The notes: generated from the sequence alone by a model not told the origin. 63,628 nt of DNA, filler included, from Olpidium bornovanus S191 (GCA_017911155.1; 26 parts of 26 records of this genome joined end to end with filler, not necessarily neighbours in it), one strand, 5' to 3'. Numbered from the whole stretch's first letter, positions 35,013 through 52,788 are shown. Translations and numbers: made by a program.

Positions 35013-37600
35013 TCACCACGCCAAAGGGCCGACCAGCTTCCGCCGCGTCCGCTCACGAGCCATCGCGGCCTGAAAGCCGTCGGTGACCACATCGCAATCG
35101 GACGTGCCGAGGAGCACCCTCCGCCGCCTTCCTTCTTCGTCTTGACCGGCGGGTGGCTGCCGTAGTCGGCCGGGGGCGGTCCGCTGCGCCGCGCGCCCGC
35201 CTGCCGCTACCCGGGTGCCCGGCTCGCGGTCCCGAGGTCGACTCTGCCGGCGTCCCTGACGCTGCCGGCATCCTCCTCTTCCTCCTCGCAGAGTCTTTCC
35301 GAAAGCGGCGCCCGTTCCCGGCCCGTGGCACACGTCTCCTCCTCGCGCCCGGTCCCCGCGCGGTTACTCCGGGAGCGACCCGCCGCGCTCGCTCGGCGTG
35401 CGGCGCGAAATCAGCGGCGCTGCGCGGACGCCGGCGGCCGAGGACGCGTCCGATTCCGGGTCCGCGGCCAGGTAAGGCGAGGCCCGGCCGACCAGAGGCG
35501 GGAGTGAGGACGACGGCGAAGGCGGCACGGCGCAGGAGGAGGAAGAGAGGTTTTCGGACGCGATGGACCGGAAAATGCGCATCCAGCGGACGAAGTCCGC
35601 GGCGGTCTCGGCGCGGAGGACGACGCTCGTCGCGGCGGGGCAACCGTCGGCGAGGTCGACGAACACCAGGCTCATGACGTGTCTCTCCACGGGGTGGCTT
35701 TCGTCGTGCAAGACCGGCGTCGTGACCCGCGCGAGCGCCGAAGTATCGAAGGACTCAACGTGGCCGCGTTCCTTTTTTTCGCGAATTGGACGTGAGATGA
35801 CTCTCCTCCCTCGTCCGCAGACCGTTCGGATATGAAAAATCTCACCTTCTCGTTCTTGTGGCACTCCAGCTTCCCCTTGCTGAGCACGAACCACCTCCGC
35901 TTCCAGGACACAGCGCGGGCAACATCCCCGTGACGCCCACCGCGATGTAACCTCAGCAAATGTCCTTCGGCGTAGTTGTCTCCCAGATGGCCTCTCGCGT
36001 ACGAGACACGGACGAATCGCCGGCGGAGTTGCAGCTCAAGAATGTCTACTGTTGGGTCTAGGTGGTAGGACGCAAGCGTGCGGGACTCGTCGAGCCAGTG
36101 GCCCTGCACGTTTTTTTTTTGTTCAGAGCAGTGTTAAAGGCCGCTTTGCGTTGAAAACGCCAAACCTGGCAAATGGATCCCACCTACAGCGTTCACCCAG
36201 AATATGGCGGACTCTTCTCTAAGTTTCGCCATTTTCTGGTCCGTGTCCCCAGGGCGCGGAGAAGAGCTGTCACTTGCATCCGGTGCCGTGATATGTGCTC
36301 TCCTGAGCGAGCACAGAACCGATTGGAGGCCCTTCCAGGGCTTTGTAGTCGGAGACGGCAATCCGGCCACTGTCACGCTTGTTCGAGCGGGCTTCGGCTG
36401 CTTTTGGCGGGTTAGAAAAGCGGTCAAACCTAACTGCCGGCGGTAGGGACGCGGTGGTGCCGGCAGGCCGTTTGGCTTATCTCACCGAATGCTCCTCCTT
36501 GCCCACATGCGGCGGCTCGTGCCGCGCAAACGCCGGCAGCGGTGGTGCGTTTAACGCCGGGGCCGGCGGCGCGATCGTCATAAACCATGAGTGCCGCCTT
36601 CGATGCCGGCCGGCCCCGTCCGTCCTCGGCTCGCGGTCGTTTGCCTCCGCGTCGGCACGCGTGCGTCCGCCGACGCAAAGCTGGTCGTCGTCACACCTCG
36701 CCACCGCGGTCTCCACGAGCTTGCACACGCGGCAGGAGCGCGGCACGGTGGCGGTGACCCAGCAACCACGTGCAACGTGTCTGATGCGAAACGAGACCAG
36801 GTCCTCAGGTGGCGGAGGTGACGACGGCGTCCGTTCGGCTTCAGGACGCTCCCCGGATTCGCTACACCCCTCCCCGGCACGAAAAGTGCGCCGGGACGCG
36901 CGTTCGCTGTTGTCGTCGCCGCCGTCGCCGTCATCGTTCTGGTCCTGCTCCGCCGCGTCGTCCTTCACCCGTTTCCACCACGACGTCAGCATGGCGGAAC
37001 GGAAGGGCCGTCACCGGGGCTCGCCTGATTTGGTCTTCCGCACCTCGCCCTCTGGACGCTGCCGCGCATGCCCCTTCCGTGCGGCGGCCCACGGGAAAGT
37101 CAGGCGGAGCAGGGAAGGGGACTTTCCCCAACTGCGCCCCGGGCGTTCCGCAGGACCGACCGGTGTGCACAGGGATCGGCGCGACGGCCATGCTTGGCGG
37201 GCCATTCCAAGGGAACTCGCCAAGCCGCGATTGACGCAGGCCCCACCTCCGTCCCAATACCGCAGCGAGACGCCTGCCGGCAGGATCCCGCCGTGCTGCC
37301 CTCATGTTTTTGAGTTAGAAATCCGCACGCGAAGCCGCCAGCAAGTGGCGCAAATCCGGCCAGTGTTTCACGAAGCATCGAGGAAAAGGGCCCCCCGCGT
37401 CCGCCACAATCAAGCCCCGTGGCTACGGGGAACCCTGGCTGCTGTTCTAGGCTTTGAGTGCCGTAACGACGTAACAACCAATTGGCCGGTCACAGCCTCA
37501 GGGGACGCTCATACGGGTTGGACGCTTTCTCCGCGGACTTCTGCGAAGCCCTTCGGCAAGTCTGGCGCACACTGTATCGGCACTTCCACGCGCCATCCGA
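35013..37600 (-). CDS. Multi-exon protein with ubiquitin-like/RA-like segments and a PH domain
   Basis: GHWLDESRTLASYHL...LELQ (UBL C-terminal pattern); WKRRWFVLSKGKLECHK (PH beta1-2); VVLRAETAADFVRWMRIFRSI (PH C-terminal helix). Boundaries are approximate. Confidence 0.55.
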
Positions 37601-38242
37601 AACGCAAGGATTGGCAGCTCGTTGCAGCTGCGTCGCTAATAACGTGACAACGGACAATGACGACGGTGAGGGTTGTTGCAACTCCCTGGCGTGGCACCGA
37701 TTCCGCAGCCTCGGTTGTCAGAGTAGCGCGCGGCGTTCTGCTCCAACGTCGGCGCATATTCGAGACCGTCAGGAGCGCGGCTGAGGAGTTCAACAACCAG
37801 ACGACACCAACGTCACGGGCAGCACCAGAGGCGGCTGTTGCATTCGAAGTTTGCTGTGAGCAGCGATGAGTGCCCCCCCCCCTTCCCCGCCTCCCGCCGT
37901 CCGTGGGCATTGCCGTCGCAAAGGCTTTCCCTTCATCTTTTCGCAGTGCGAACATGGGCGGGCAGGAGAAGCAGAAGGGCGGAAAGGAACCTCGTTAACC
38001 TGGCGTAAACTGGGGTGCCCGGACGGAGGAAAAAAAAAAATCTCTGGCGGGGAAATCCCCCCCCCCCTGTCCCCCACCCCCCTTCCCGGGGCTTCGTTCC
38101 CTTCCCCCCCGCCCGCACACAACAAAACGCCCAAGCCACACGCGCATCCGACACCGCACAACACCCGAGCCCACCCGCCGTCGCGCCGGCCGAGCAACCC
38201 GCGCGCGCACGCTCCTCCGACGCAATCTTCTCTGGCGCTGGA

Positions 38243-38243
<1 letters not shown>

Positions 38244-38282
<39 letters not shown>

Positions 38283-38284
38283 GT
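38244..38284. repeat. (GT)n microsatellite in the intergenic region upstream of MAP1
   Basis: Tandem GT dinucleotides. Confidence 0.9.
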
Positions 38285-38633
38285 GGTCCCCCCCAACCTC
38301 TCCCCTTCCCACCTCGGCGGAACGGAGGGGGAGTGAAAGTTGTTGGCAAACGCCCTTGCAGCCACGCTGTTCTTTCGGCGTCGGACGTGGCTGGAGATGG
38401 GTGGCTGCGCGGAAGCCAATGGAGCTGCTGGCGGACGTTAATCCTCGCCTTTTTGATTTCTTTCCATCTATTCAAACTGTCGGCGGGCTTACCCCTCTTC
38501 ATTTGGCGGCGGCGCGTTTTTCCAACCTCGCATCTCCCCCCGTGCTCACCGGCGGCGGAATGCCTGCCGCTGCGTCTCTTGCGCCGCTCTTGTGGCTCCT
38601 ATGCGCACGCACCAGAAAGCGAAACAGAAAACT

Positions 38634-39635
38634 ATGCTCGAGACGGAGAAGGCAGAGCATCATTTGTGCCAGGGATTGGATTGCGAGAAGCGCGCGACGC
38701 TGCACTGTCCGACTTGCCTCAAGCTCGGCATCAGCGGGTCGTACTTCTGCTCCCAGGACTGCTTCAAGACGAACTGGGCGACGCACAAGCTTGTTCACCG
38801 TTCTAAGCAACCGGATATTGATCCGTTCCGTCACTTCGCGTACACGGGGCCGCTGAGAGCGCAGTACCCGCTGTCTCCGATGCGGACCGTTCCGGACAGG
38901 ATCCAGCGACCAGACTACGCAGAGGACAGAACCCCGCATTCCGAGGAGGCCATAAAGGGGAATAGGCTGATTGAAGTGCTCAACGAAGGGGATATCGAGA
39001 AGATGCGGACTGTTTGCCGGGTAAGGCAACCTCCTATTCAGGGGCTGAGGACAACGAGACGCGCGCGGAGCACGTGCAAGCTGAACGCGAACGGAACGCG
39101 CTGTCGCCACTAGGGATCCTGAGGCATTCAACAAAGAGCCTGCCCCCGCCGAAAATTTGTTGCTGACTTGTTTCTCCATGTTCTGCCTCGCAGCTTGCGC
39201 GTGAAGTTTTGGATATCGCTGCTGCCGCGGTGAAGCCCGGCGTGACTACTGACGAAATTGGCAAGTATGACATCCACCAATGGCTGGAGAAGACCATCGG
39301 GGACAGGGCTCGCAAAAGAAGCAGCCTTTACCATCTGCGACATGACGTTTTACGATGCGGATTTTTGCTTACCGCCCGCTTTGATTATCTTCTAGATCGC
39401 ATCGTTCACGAAGCATGCATTGAACGTGACTCCTACCCGTCACCACTGAACTATTGGGGTTTCCCGAAATCCTGTTGCACGTGGGTTCTCCCTCCCCTAC
39501 TCTCCTTGCAGGCGTCGGCTTTCGAAGTGATCCACTTCCTCTATCCTCCCCAATTGTCACACTCCGTCCGATCCTGATCTCTTGTCGTTTTTGGCTACTA
39601 CGGGAGCAGGTCCGTCAATGAGGTCATTTGCCATG
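38634..39635 (+). CDS. MAP1: Methionine aminopeptidase 1, 5' part (truncated)
   Basis: Zn finger CQGLDC...CPTCLK...[15 protein letters not shown]; YTGPLR; RPDYA; [22 protein letters not shown]|[29 protein letters not shown]|SVNEVICH. Confidence 0.97.
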
Positions 39636-39752
39636 NNNNNNNNNNNNNNNNNNNNNNNNNNNNNNNNNNNNNNNNNNNNTTAATTAATTAANNNNNNNNN
39701 NNNNNNNNNNNNNNNNNNNNNNNNNNNNNNNNNNNATCTCCCCCCCTTTCCC

Positions 39753-39787
<35 letters not shown>

Positions 39788-39923
39788 GTCCAGCATCCCC
39801 TGTCGTCGGTTCTTTCCCAGCAAACTTTTTCTTCCCCTCCCCTCCCCCCTCCCCTCCTTCTCCTCCCATCCTCGCTCAGATTATTTTTTTGTTTTTTTGT
39901 TGTTTTTTTTTTTTCGCGCGTAC

Positions 39924-40067
39924 CTTCAACTCGTGGTAATCAAGGAGTTCGTCTTTGTCGAGGTCAAACAGATCGAACGCCTCGCGGACCTCCTGCTTCT
40001 GCAGATCGGTAAGCTCGGGCCGCGCGGCGCGGTTGTTCGGCCGGCGCGTCCTGCTCGCGAAGTTCAT
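39924..40067 (-). CDS. CDC31: Centrin-3/Cdc31, first exon
   Basis: ATG 40067; ELTDLQKQEVREAFDLFDLDKDELLDYHELK followed by a GTACGC donor. DYHELK is typical of the centrin-3 type. Confidence 0.9.
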
Positions 40068-41692
40068 CTTCGGTGTCTGGCGGGTTGAGGGGCTGGGCGG
40101 AAAAGGAGGAAAGAGGGGCGCGGGGTTCTGTGGGGCATTCAGAGGGAGCGCGGGCGTACGAACGCGCCGCCCGCGCCACTCCGTTTCCCCCACCCCCACC
40201 CCACCCCATTTATGATGTTTTCAGCCTCTCGTGCGGTATTTCCTTGTCGCAAAATGATGCGGTGTTCAGTCTAGTTACATGATTCTTTGAAATCACGAAC
40301 CTTGCCAGGAATGCAATTAATCGCCATTCGCAAAGGGCCCGCTCATGTACGTCAACTGATTTCCAAATCTCTGAACTTGTCAGGCTTCTTCTCTTGTTTG
40401 CAATGAACACCCTGCGTTTATTAACGGAGAGGTCTATGACAAAAGCAAAATGCCAAGCTAATTGTCGGTTTATCAGCAAGGTGCACGATAACTTTTATAA
40501 ATGCTTTAACTTATGCCGTAAAGGTTCAACGTTTCGTAGCTTCAAGATGTTCGGCATGGCGGAATTGGATCCAGATTTCGTGTGCTTTACAGAAGTACCC
40601 ACTTATTGAGAGTCGCTTTGCTGAAAGTCTCTCGCACGCGTGTATTTTGAACTTATTGAGTTGTATTGTACTAAGGACTGCGTGATGTTCCAATAATTTT
40701 ATCCCCTGAATATGAAAGTGATACTGGTAATTTGGTCCAAGCATGAAATTAGCAATTAACTGAAAGCCATTTTCCACTGCGCGTTTCTGCTAGAATCGGA
40801 AGAGTGCATTGCCAAAGATGCCTCGGAAGGCGACACTGCAGCTATGACCTTCAAGGTGAAGNNNNNNNNNNNNNNNNNNNNNNNNNNNNNNNNNNNNNNN
40901 NNNNNTTAATTAATTAANNNNNNNNNNNNNNNNNNNNNNNNNNNNNNNNNNNNNNNNNNNNACAGCTGTGCTTGAGAGGGTTTTCTGGCGGCCTTTTCGC
41001 TCGCCGACAGTCAAATCAATTGCGGGTTTCCTAGGTGGAGGGGTGGGCGTATGGCCCCGTGCAGACGCGGGTAAGAACCATGTGCGTATGCTGAGTAAAA
41101 TTCCAGCAAGATCAACCGGGTTCGGAATGACGCTTCCTGCTGTGCAAAGAGCCGCATACCAACGGGGGAAAGTTTGAGAGCGGCCGAGTTAGCGGCGGCG
41201 GTTGGCCATCACGCCCCGCCTGGTAGGAGTCGGGCCTGCTGCTGACGAGGCAGCAGCGGAAGGGCTGGCGAGGCCGCAGAGGAAGGCCGATTGTAATCGA
41301 GCAAGAGTGGAACGCGAAATGCTACAGCGTTTCGGCTCTCCTTTCTCTTCCTCCCGCTCTGCCTCCCTCCCGCTCTGCCTCCCTCCCTCCCATAACCCCT
41401 ATATTTCACAAGGCGGCCCGTGCCGGCGCTGCACTTCGCCGTCACAGCGCACCGCTGCTAAGAAGGCGCGAGCGTGCCGCAGTCTGAAATTCACGCGCGG
41501 GAAAACCGGCGAGTTTGGACCGACAGTCCACGTGCCGCCACCCGACCTCACAAAACGAGAAGGCTCCTCTTATGCGAAAGGATGCGAAACAGTGCCCAAG
41601 GGTGGGCGGGCGGCCGCGTGACCAACGAATTTTGGGATCGATTGCCATACGGGAGAACTTGGTGTAAAATTTCGGCATTGTGCTGGAACATC

Positions 41693-42575
41693 CTACGGCA
41701 TGCTCTCCCGCGTTCCGCCCCACCACCGCAGGATGTTATCCCTTCCTCGGGCGTGCTTTCCGTAGATTTCTAACGTGACATATGGCGAAGGCAACTTGCT
41801 GATCGAGGGGATTCTACCGCTTCCGGTGACTCCTTCGCCAGTCGGCTCCTCCCCTCCCGCTTCCTGGTCGTCATCCTTTGTCTCCTCTTTCCGGGCGCCC
41901 CTTGCATCCTTGCTTGCCACTCCGAGGTACTTGTACCCGCGGACGTTTTTCCACAGCCAACCAATGTCCTGCATGGTTGTCCGAGGGTAGGGGCTTTTCT
42001 CAACGGGCGTCAGCTTTTTGGCCACACGAAGGATGTCGTAAGCCATCAACAAATTTGTCGTGGCCTCGTCGGGCAGTGCGGGCAGCACGGGTTCGTTGGC
42101 GTTGAAGCGGTCCGCTGGAAGTTGGTATTTTCGAAACCGGGGATCAAACGTCTTTTTCGGTGCAGGCCGACCTGCTCCTCCGTTCGCAGGGTTCGCCTGC
42201 TGAAGAGCGGGCAATTTCGGGGCGGACTGGGACGGCTTATCCTGCGGTACCCCCGGAGTGCAAACAACTTAGGCTCGCGCGCTCACGCGGATAACATTTC
42301 CCACCGGATGAGAATTGGGGAAAAGTGAGAAGTACAGCATGACGGTTTATCTCCGTATTACCTCGTAAAGGGTATCTTTCATGAAGCCCCAATTGCTCTC
42401 CCAAGTCTTCGCCGTTATTTCCTCGTATTGAATCGTTTGCCGCCTAGGTACGAAGCACAAAACTCGCTGGCATGAGCGCTAATGACCCTAGCCGGGGAGC
42501 AATCGTGCGCCGCCCCACCTACCATATCGCGTCGTCGAAAACGACGTTCCTAACTCTCGGCGCTGCCTTGGCCAT
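41693..42575 (-). CDS. Ciliary microtubule inner protein CIMIP1/C20orf85 (LLC1)-like, complete, 3 exons
   Basis: Exons 42575-42523, 42443-42362, 42241-41693 splice in frame: NVVFDDAIW|RQTIQYEEITAKTWESNWGFM ... TPVEKSPYPRTTMQDIGW ... LEIYGKHARG. This matches my recollection of the family pattern (DxIW...NWxxxWGF...TPVEK...PxTTxxxIGW). Confidence 0.78.
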
Positions 42576-42995
42576 GGCGCCGCGTCCAGGTGAACTGGCG
42601 GTTTCGAAAAAAAAGGGCCGTAGGCGAACAAGGTGCTGCAATTCTGGGGGTCTTCGCCTAAAACGTCCCCGCTCGGTCCGCCGGGCAGGTCACAAAACGA
42701 ACAGCCCCGGCCGGCGTGAGGATAACGTCAGAACGACTGAGGGAGCTGCGAGAGGGCGGGAGTTGGCGTGCGCGGTAGCTGCCAGTTCGCGACAGAGATT
42801 GAAATAAACGATAACGCGGCCGGGCGCCGAATCGACAATTCACCGCCGTATCCAAAATGTATTGAGCGGCTCGTTCGTTACAAGCCGAGTTTGGGNNNNN
42901 NNNNNNNNNNNNNNNNNNNNNNNNNNNNNNNNNNNNNNNTTAATTAATTAANNNNNNNNNNNNNNNNNNNNNNNNNNNNNNNNNNNNNNNNNNNN

Positions 42996-43722
42996 CCGGA
43001 GGAGCGAGCCGTCCTGACTTTTGGGAAACACACCAAAAAAAAAGTCACCGAGATTTTTAAAAGATACCGGAGAAGCGAGCCGTCCTGACTTTTGGGAAAC
43101 ACACCAAAAAAAAAGTTAAAAGATACCGGAGGAGCGAGCCGTCCTGACTTTTGGGAAACACACCAAAAAAAAAAGTCAGGACGGCTTAGAGGCTTCAGAC
43201 TCCGAAAGCTGGAAAAGGCAAGTGCCGGCCACGAGGCGCGTAGCGCATCAACGTGACCACATGGCCCCGCCGGCGAGATTTTTAAAAGATACCGGAGGAG
43301 CAAGCCGTCCTGACTTTTGGGAAACACACCAAAAAAAAAGTCACCGCGATTTTTAAAAGATACCGAGGAGCGAGCCGTCCTGACTTTTGGGAAACACACC
43401 AAAAAAAAAAGTCACCGAGATTTTTAAAAGATACCCGAGGCCTCCGGTATTTTTTAAAAATCTCGGTGACTTTTTTTTTTGGTGTGTTTCCCAAAAGTCA
43501 GAATCGCGGTGACTTTTTTTTTGGTGTGTTTCCCAAAAGTCAGGACGGCTCGCTCCTCCGGTATCTTTTAAAAATCGCGGTATCTTTTAAAAATCTCGGT
43601 GACTTTTTTTTTGGTGTGTTTCCCAAAAGTCAGGACGGCTCGACCGAGATTTTTAAAAGATACCGGAGGAGCGAGCCGTCCTGACTTTTGGAAAACACAC
43701 CAAAAAAAAGTCACCGAGATTT
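42996..43722. repeat. ~71-bp tandem repeat with partial units and orientation switches
   Basis: Unit CCGGAGGAGCGAGCCGTCCTGACTTTTGGGAAACACACCAAAAAAAAAGTCACCGAGATTTTTAAAAGATA. Direct 42996-43440, inverted ~43441-43642, direct 43643-43722; unique insert ~43187-43275. Confidence 0.92.
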
Positions 43723-43749
43723 GAGCGATCAGTCCAGTCGGTTACAGTG

Positions 43750-44150
43750 CACGGTTGGGAGGAAGCCTCGATTTTGAGGTAACGGAAGTCCATGCACATG
43801 CGGAGCTTGCCGTTGGCCTTTCGAACGAAGAGGACGGGCGCCCCCCACGGAAACTTGCTGTAGCGTACGTGCCCGGCGCGCAGGGATTCGGTCAGTTGTT
43901 GCTTCATCTCCCCGAGTTCCAGCTCCGAGAGATGGTACAGCGGGAAAGACTTAGCCCTGGCGCCGGGTTCCAAGTTGATCTCATGCTCGGCGGGCGAAGA
44001 CAGCTGCGCTACGGGCGGCAGCTTGTTTGGCATGACGGGGGCGAAGCGCAGAAAAAGTTCTTCGAAGCGCTTGCGGAGGGGCCCCCACAGCTCGCCGAGC
44101 TTGGCCTTTATACGCTGTCGGGCAATTTCTTGCCCTGGGGGCCGGGGCGC
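43750..44150 (-). mobile_element. Ty3/Gypsy RT N-terminal relic
   Basis: LPPVAQLSSPAEHEINLEPGARAKSFPLYHLSELELGEMKQQLTESLRAGHVRYSKFPWGAPVLFVRKANGKLRMCMDFRYL, then truncated. Confidence 0.93.
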
Positions 44151-44560
44151 CCGCACAGAGCCCTTTTGTCCCCCCCCCCTCCTCTCGTTAACAAAATAAC
44201 CCCCCTGACCGGATGTAAACAAACCCCCAAAATAATTTGCTCACTCGCTCATACCTAATAGACAAAGAACCCTTCGGAGCGGAACGACGTGGAGACGGAC
44301 GCCGTGCGACCGTGACCCTCTACGGTGGAGGGTTGGCGGGCTCCTCGGGCCCAAGAACTCCGGCGTCGAGGGCCGTACGATCGAGGACTTCTTCGATGAC
44401 CGGTGAGCGGGGCACGCACCCAACAGCGAGAAAAGCCCTTACCGCCTTGCAGTAGTAGAGNNNNNNNNNNNNNNNNNNNNNNNNNNNNNNNNNNNNNNNN
44501 NNNNTTAATTAATTAANNNNNNNNNNNNNNNNNNNNNNNNNNNNNNNNNNNNNNNNNNNN

Positions 44561-44615
<55 letters not shown>

Positions 44616-44616
44616 G

Positions 44617-44650
<34 letters not shown>

Positions 44651-44871
44651 ACCCCCCCCCGCTGGCCAAACCCGCCGCGGAGGAAAAAGGAAGGAAAAGG
44701 AACGGAAAAGGGGACACGGAGGGAAAAAACCAGGGCGGGCGAAGGGGAAGAAGACAAAAACACAAAAAGAAGGACGCCTCTCACTCCTCCCTTCCCTTCC
44801 CCCACACACACTCGCACTCCCGCACACACGGCACCCACGCACACCTAGCCGTTTTGGGGGCCGGTGCTGTC

Positions 44872-50020
<5,149 letters not shown>

Positions 50021-51736
50021 TTTCTTTCCCCAACGCCCCGACGAGTATACCCAACCCTCGCCCCTCTTTTTTTTTTTTTTTTTTCTTTTTTTTTTCTTCT
50101 TCCCCCTTCCGCCTAGACCGTATAATAGTTTTTTTTTCATACCCCCTGTTCACCTCAGAATAGAATGCTTTATTTTTTTTTTCGTCCCCCCCCTTACTCC
50201 CCCCTATCTCCCCCGCCGGCAGCTCGCTTCTGCCCCGCCTGGCACGGACATATAAATTGCAAAATAGAACAAAAGCAGCCGTCTTTTCCGGCAAAAAATA
50301 GAACAGAGCAAGCCCGTCTTTTCGGTCCGTGCCTGCTGCGCATTTCCTTCGGGGTGTTGGGGGGCCGGGCCCTTTCCGCGTTCGTTCTTTTCGCGTTGTA
50401 CCCCACCCCGCACACTGCCAGGGAAAATTCTGAAGAAAAAAAAAAATAAATAAAGAAAAATAAATAAAAAAAATCAAATTAAAAAAGAAACAAAAATAGC
50501 ACACGGTTGGCGCCGGCCCGCCGGAATCAAGCGGGTCTGTGTTTCAAAAAGAACGAGGGCGGGGCGTTTTTCATTTCGTTATTTCTTCCCCCCCCAGGGG
50601 GGGGGGACAAAGGCCTTGTTACCGCTATATATGTCCCCATGATTTCCTCGGCGGCAATCATACCTTTTCCCGCATCCGAGTGATTCAACGATTACCAACC
50701 CGCTCTCCCCGCAATAGGGAAAAGCGGCTGTTATCCGCGCAAACGGGTACTGGCCNNNNNNNNNNNNNNNNNNNNNNNNNNNNNNNNNNNNNNNNNNNNT
50801 TAATTAATTAANNNNNNNNNNNNNNNNNNNNNNNNNNNNNNNNNNNNNNNNNNNNAAAAAAAAAAAAAAAAAAAAAAAAGAAAAAAGAAACGCAGGCTTT
50901 TTTCCGCAAACCGCCGAGCCTCTCCAGCCTAACCTGGTGCCCCTCCTGCCTCCAAGAAACCCCTCCCTCCCCCACCAAAAAAAAAAACTTTGGGTTCCCC
51001 CCCGACACTCCTTCCCCCGTCGCCCTCGTTGTATCGCTCTTTCTTTCCCGTGAAGGTCACTGTTATCCCGTTCATCCCGCTGCGGCGCAGAGTCCACCCC
51101 TCGCTCGCTTTTTTTACCCTTCGCCCTTCCCCTCCCGCCTTGCCCTTCCCCCCCCCCTTCCTCTTCCCTTCCCTTCCCCCCCTTCCCAAGCCGGAAGTGC
51201 ACAGCTCCTGCCCCTCCTTCGTCTGACCGTCCTTCCTGCGCAGCAGCGATCCTTCGCGACCCTCACCGACGAACGAGCGAAGGAACGTCCGGCCGAGTTT
51301 AAGTTCGCCCAGCAGCCGGTGTAACCGCCAGGAGCCGTGTCTCAAGTCGTCTCCGCCAAATTCGACGAGCAAGAGCGGAGCGAAAGCCGTGCTTCCGAGC
51401 CCCTCTTCCTCGCACGAGTTTGTCTTAGCGACAGTTTTTCTTCCTGCGAAGGCACGGAAGTCAGAAAGAATAGAAACGGAAAAGGAAAAAAAAAGGAAAA
51501 TTGCAATAGAAAGAAAGCCGAGGCGACGGAAAAGCAGAGAGAGAAGCGGAGGAAACAAAACCAAAAAAAAAAGTCACGATATCAGCTGTGTTCCGCTTCC
51601 TCCTCTTTGGTGTCAACGGTTTTTTGTTGGCAGTGTTTTGGTTGGTGGTATTTTGCCGTAGAGTTCCTTTTGGTTGAAGCCTGCCAAACCAGGCGAACAT
51701 CCCCACGAGGCCACTGGATCCACAAGAAGCGTAAAC

Positions 51737-52788
51737 ATGTATGTTTATCATGTCTTTTATAGGCGGCTCATGTCGTCGCCGAGAGGATCGGAGTCGTCGT
51801 CGCTCGCGGAGCATTTGCGTTTCCGGCGCCCGTGCAATGCTGTTTGTCGTTTTGGCGTTATTTCCCGTCCGACATAGTTCCTTCCCAAAGCGGCTCGGTG
51901 CTTGCTGCCGTTTTGGCGTAATCTGACATATTCCGTGCAAAACCTTTTTGGGCGGTGTCTCATAACTTGCCGATTATTCTTGGTGTCACCCTACAGGAGC
52001 GTCTTCTACAAATTTGCCTCGCAAAAGGAGCACGATGTCTGCAAGGTTGACGGGCCTAACATATCCGTTTTCGAGCTGAAACGCGAGATCATAATTGCGA
52101 AGCGGCTTGGGAAAGGCACCGATTTCGACCTTGCACTGTACAACGCACAGACCAACGAAGGTCCGCATTGATTCCACTGCTGCTCGCATATCTTGTCTTT
52201 GTCCCGCTGGCCCTGTATTTACGACGTCCTTGAGCGCCTACTTGTAGAATATGCGAGCGACACGCAAAGCATACCACGCGGTACGTCAATCATCGTCCGC
52301 AGAATGCCTGCCTCCCGGCCGGGAAAAGGCACCGCGCAGAGGTATTTGGAAGGTGGAGGCATACCCATGGTGTCCGGCCGTTCTGGCGGCGGTCGCTCGG
52401 AGTATCTGAAGGACGGTGGACACAAGGGTCGTGGACATATGTCGGTGTCCTTTGTCGAGAAGGTAGAGAAATTCGGAGGGGCGTGCACGTGCTCTTTGCT
52501 ATTAGATGTGCTGCCGCTTTCAGAGTGTTAAGAATGGAAAGTCGGGCCTTGCTGGCCTCCGGTGTTGCGTGATGCGGGCACTAAACTACCGTTCGTATAT
52601 CTCAACAGGCACATAACTCCGTTCAACAGGCGCATAATGCCGCTCCCCAGCCGTTTGCGGAATCGAACATGTTGCCGCTCAACCCAGCCGACGATTCGGA
52701 AGAGGCGAGAATCGCCGCTATGTTCAAGCAAACGCAGGAGCTATGGAACAAGCAACAGGAGCAGATGGCGCAGTATGTAGGATCTTCG
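51737..52788 (+). CDS. MPE1: Mpe1/RBBP6-like DWNN-domain polyadenylation factor, 5' part
   Basis: SVFYKFASQK...ISVFELKREII...KGTDFDLALYNAQTNE|EYASDTQSIPRGTSIIVRRMPA...KGTAQRY; later EEARIAAMFKQTQELW. Confidence 0.93.

Noticed and set aside
40210-40861. AT-rich segment with short ORFs upstream of CDC31 as a possible transposon or foreign DNA
   Set aside because: No recognisable domain or termini; cannot be supported.
42996-43722. CRISPR-like array
   Set aside because: Units are head-to-tail without unique spacers, there are no cas genes, and the context is eukaryotic.
17112-44150. RIP signature between the two Gypsy copies
   Set aside because: Differences are mostly transitions but go in both directions, and the ~180-bp alignment is too short to show a directional CpA bias.
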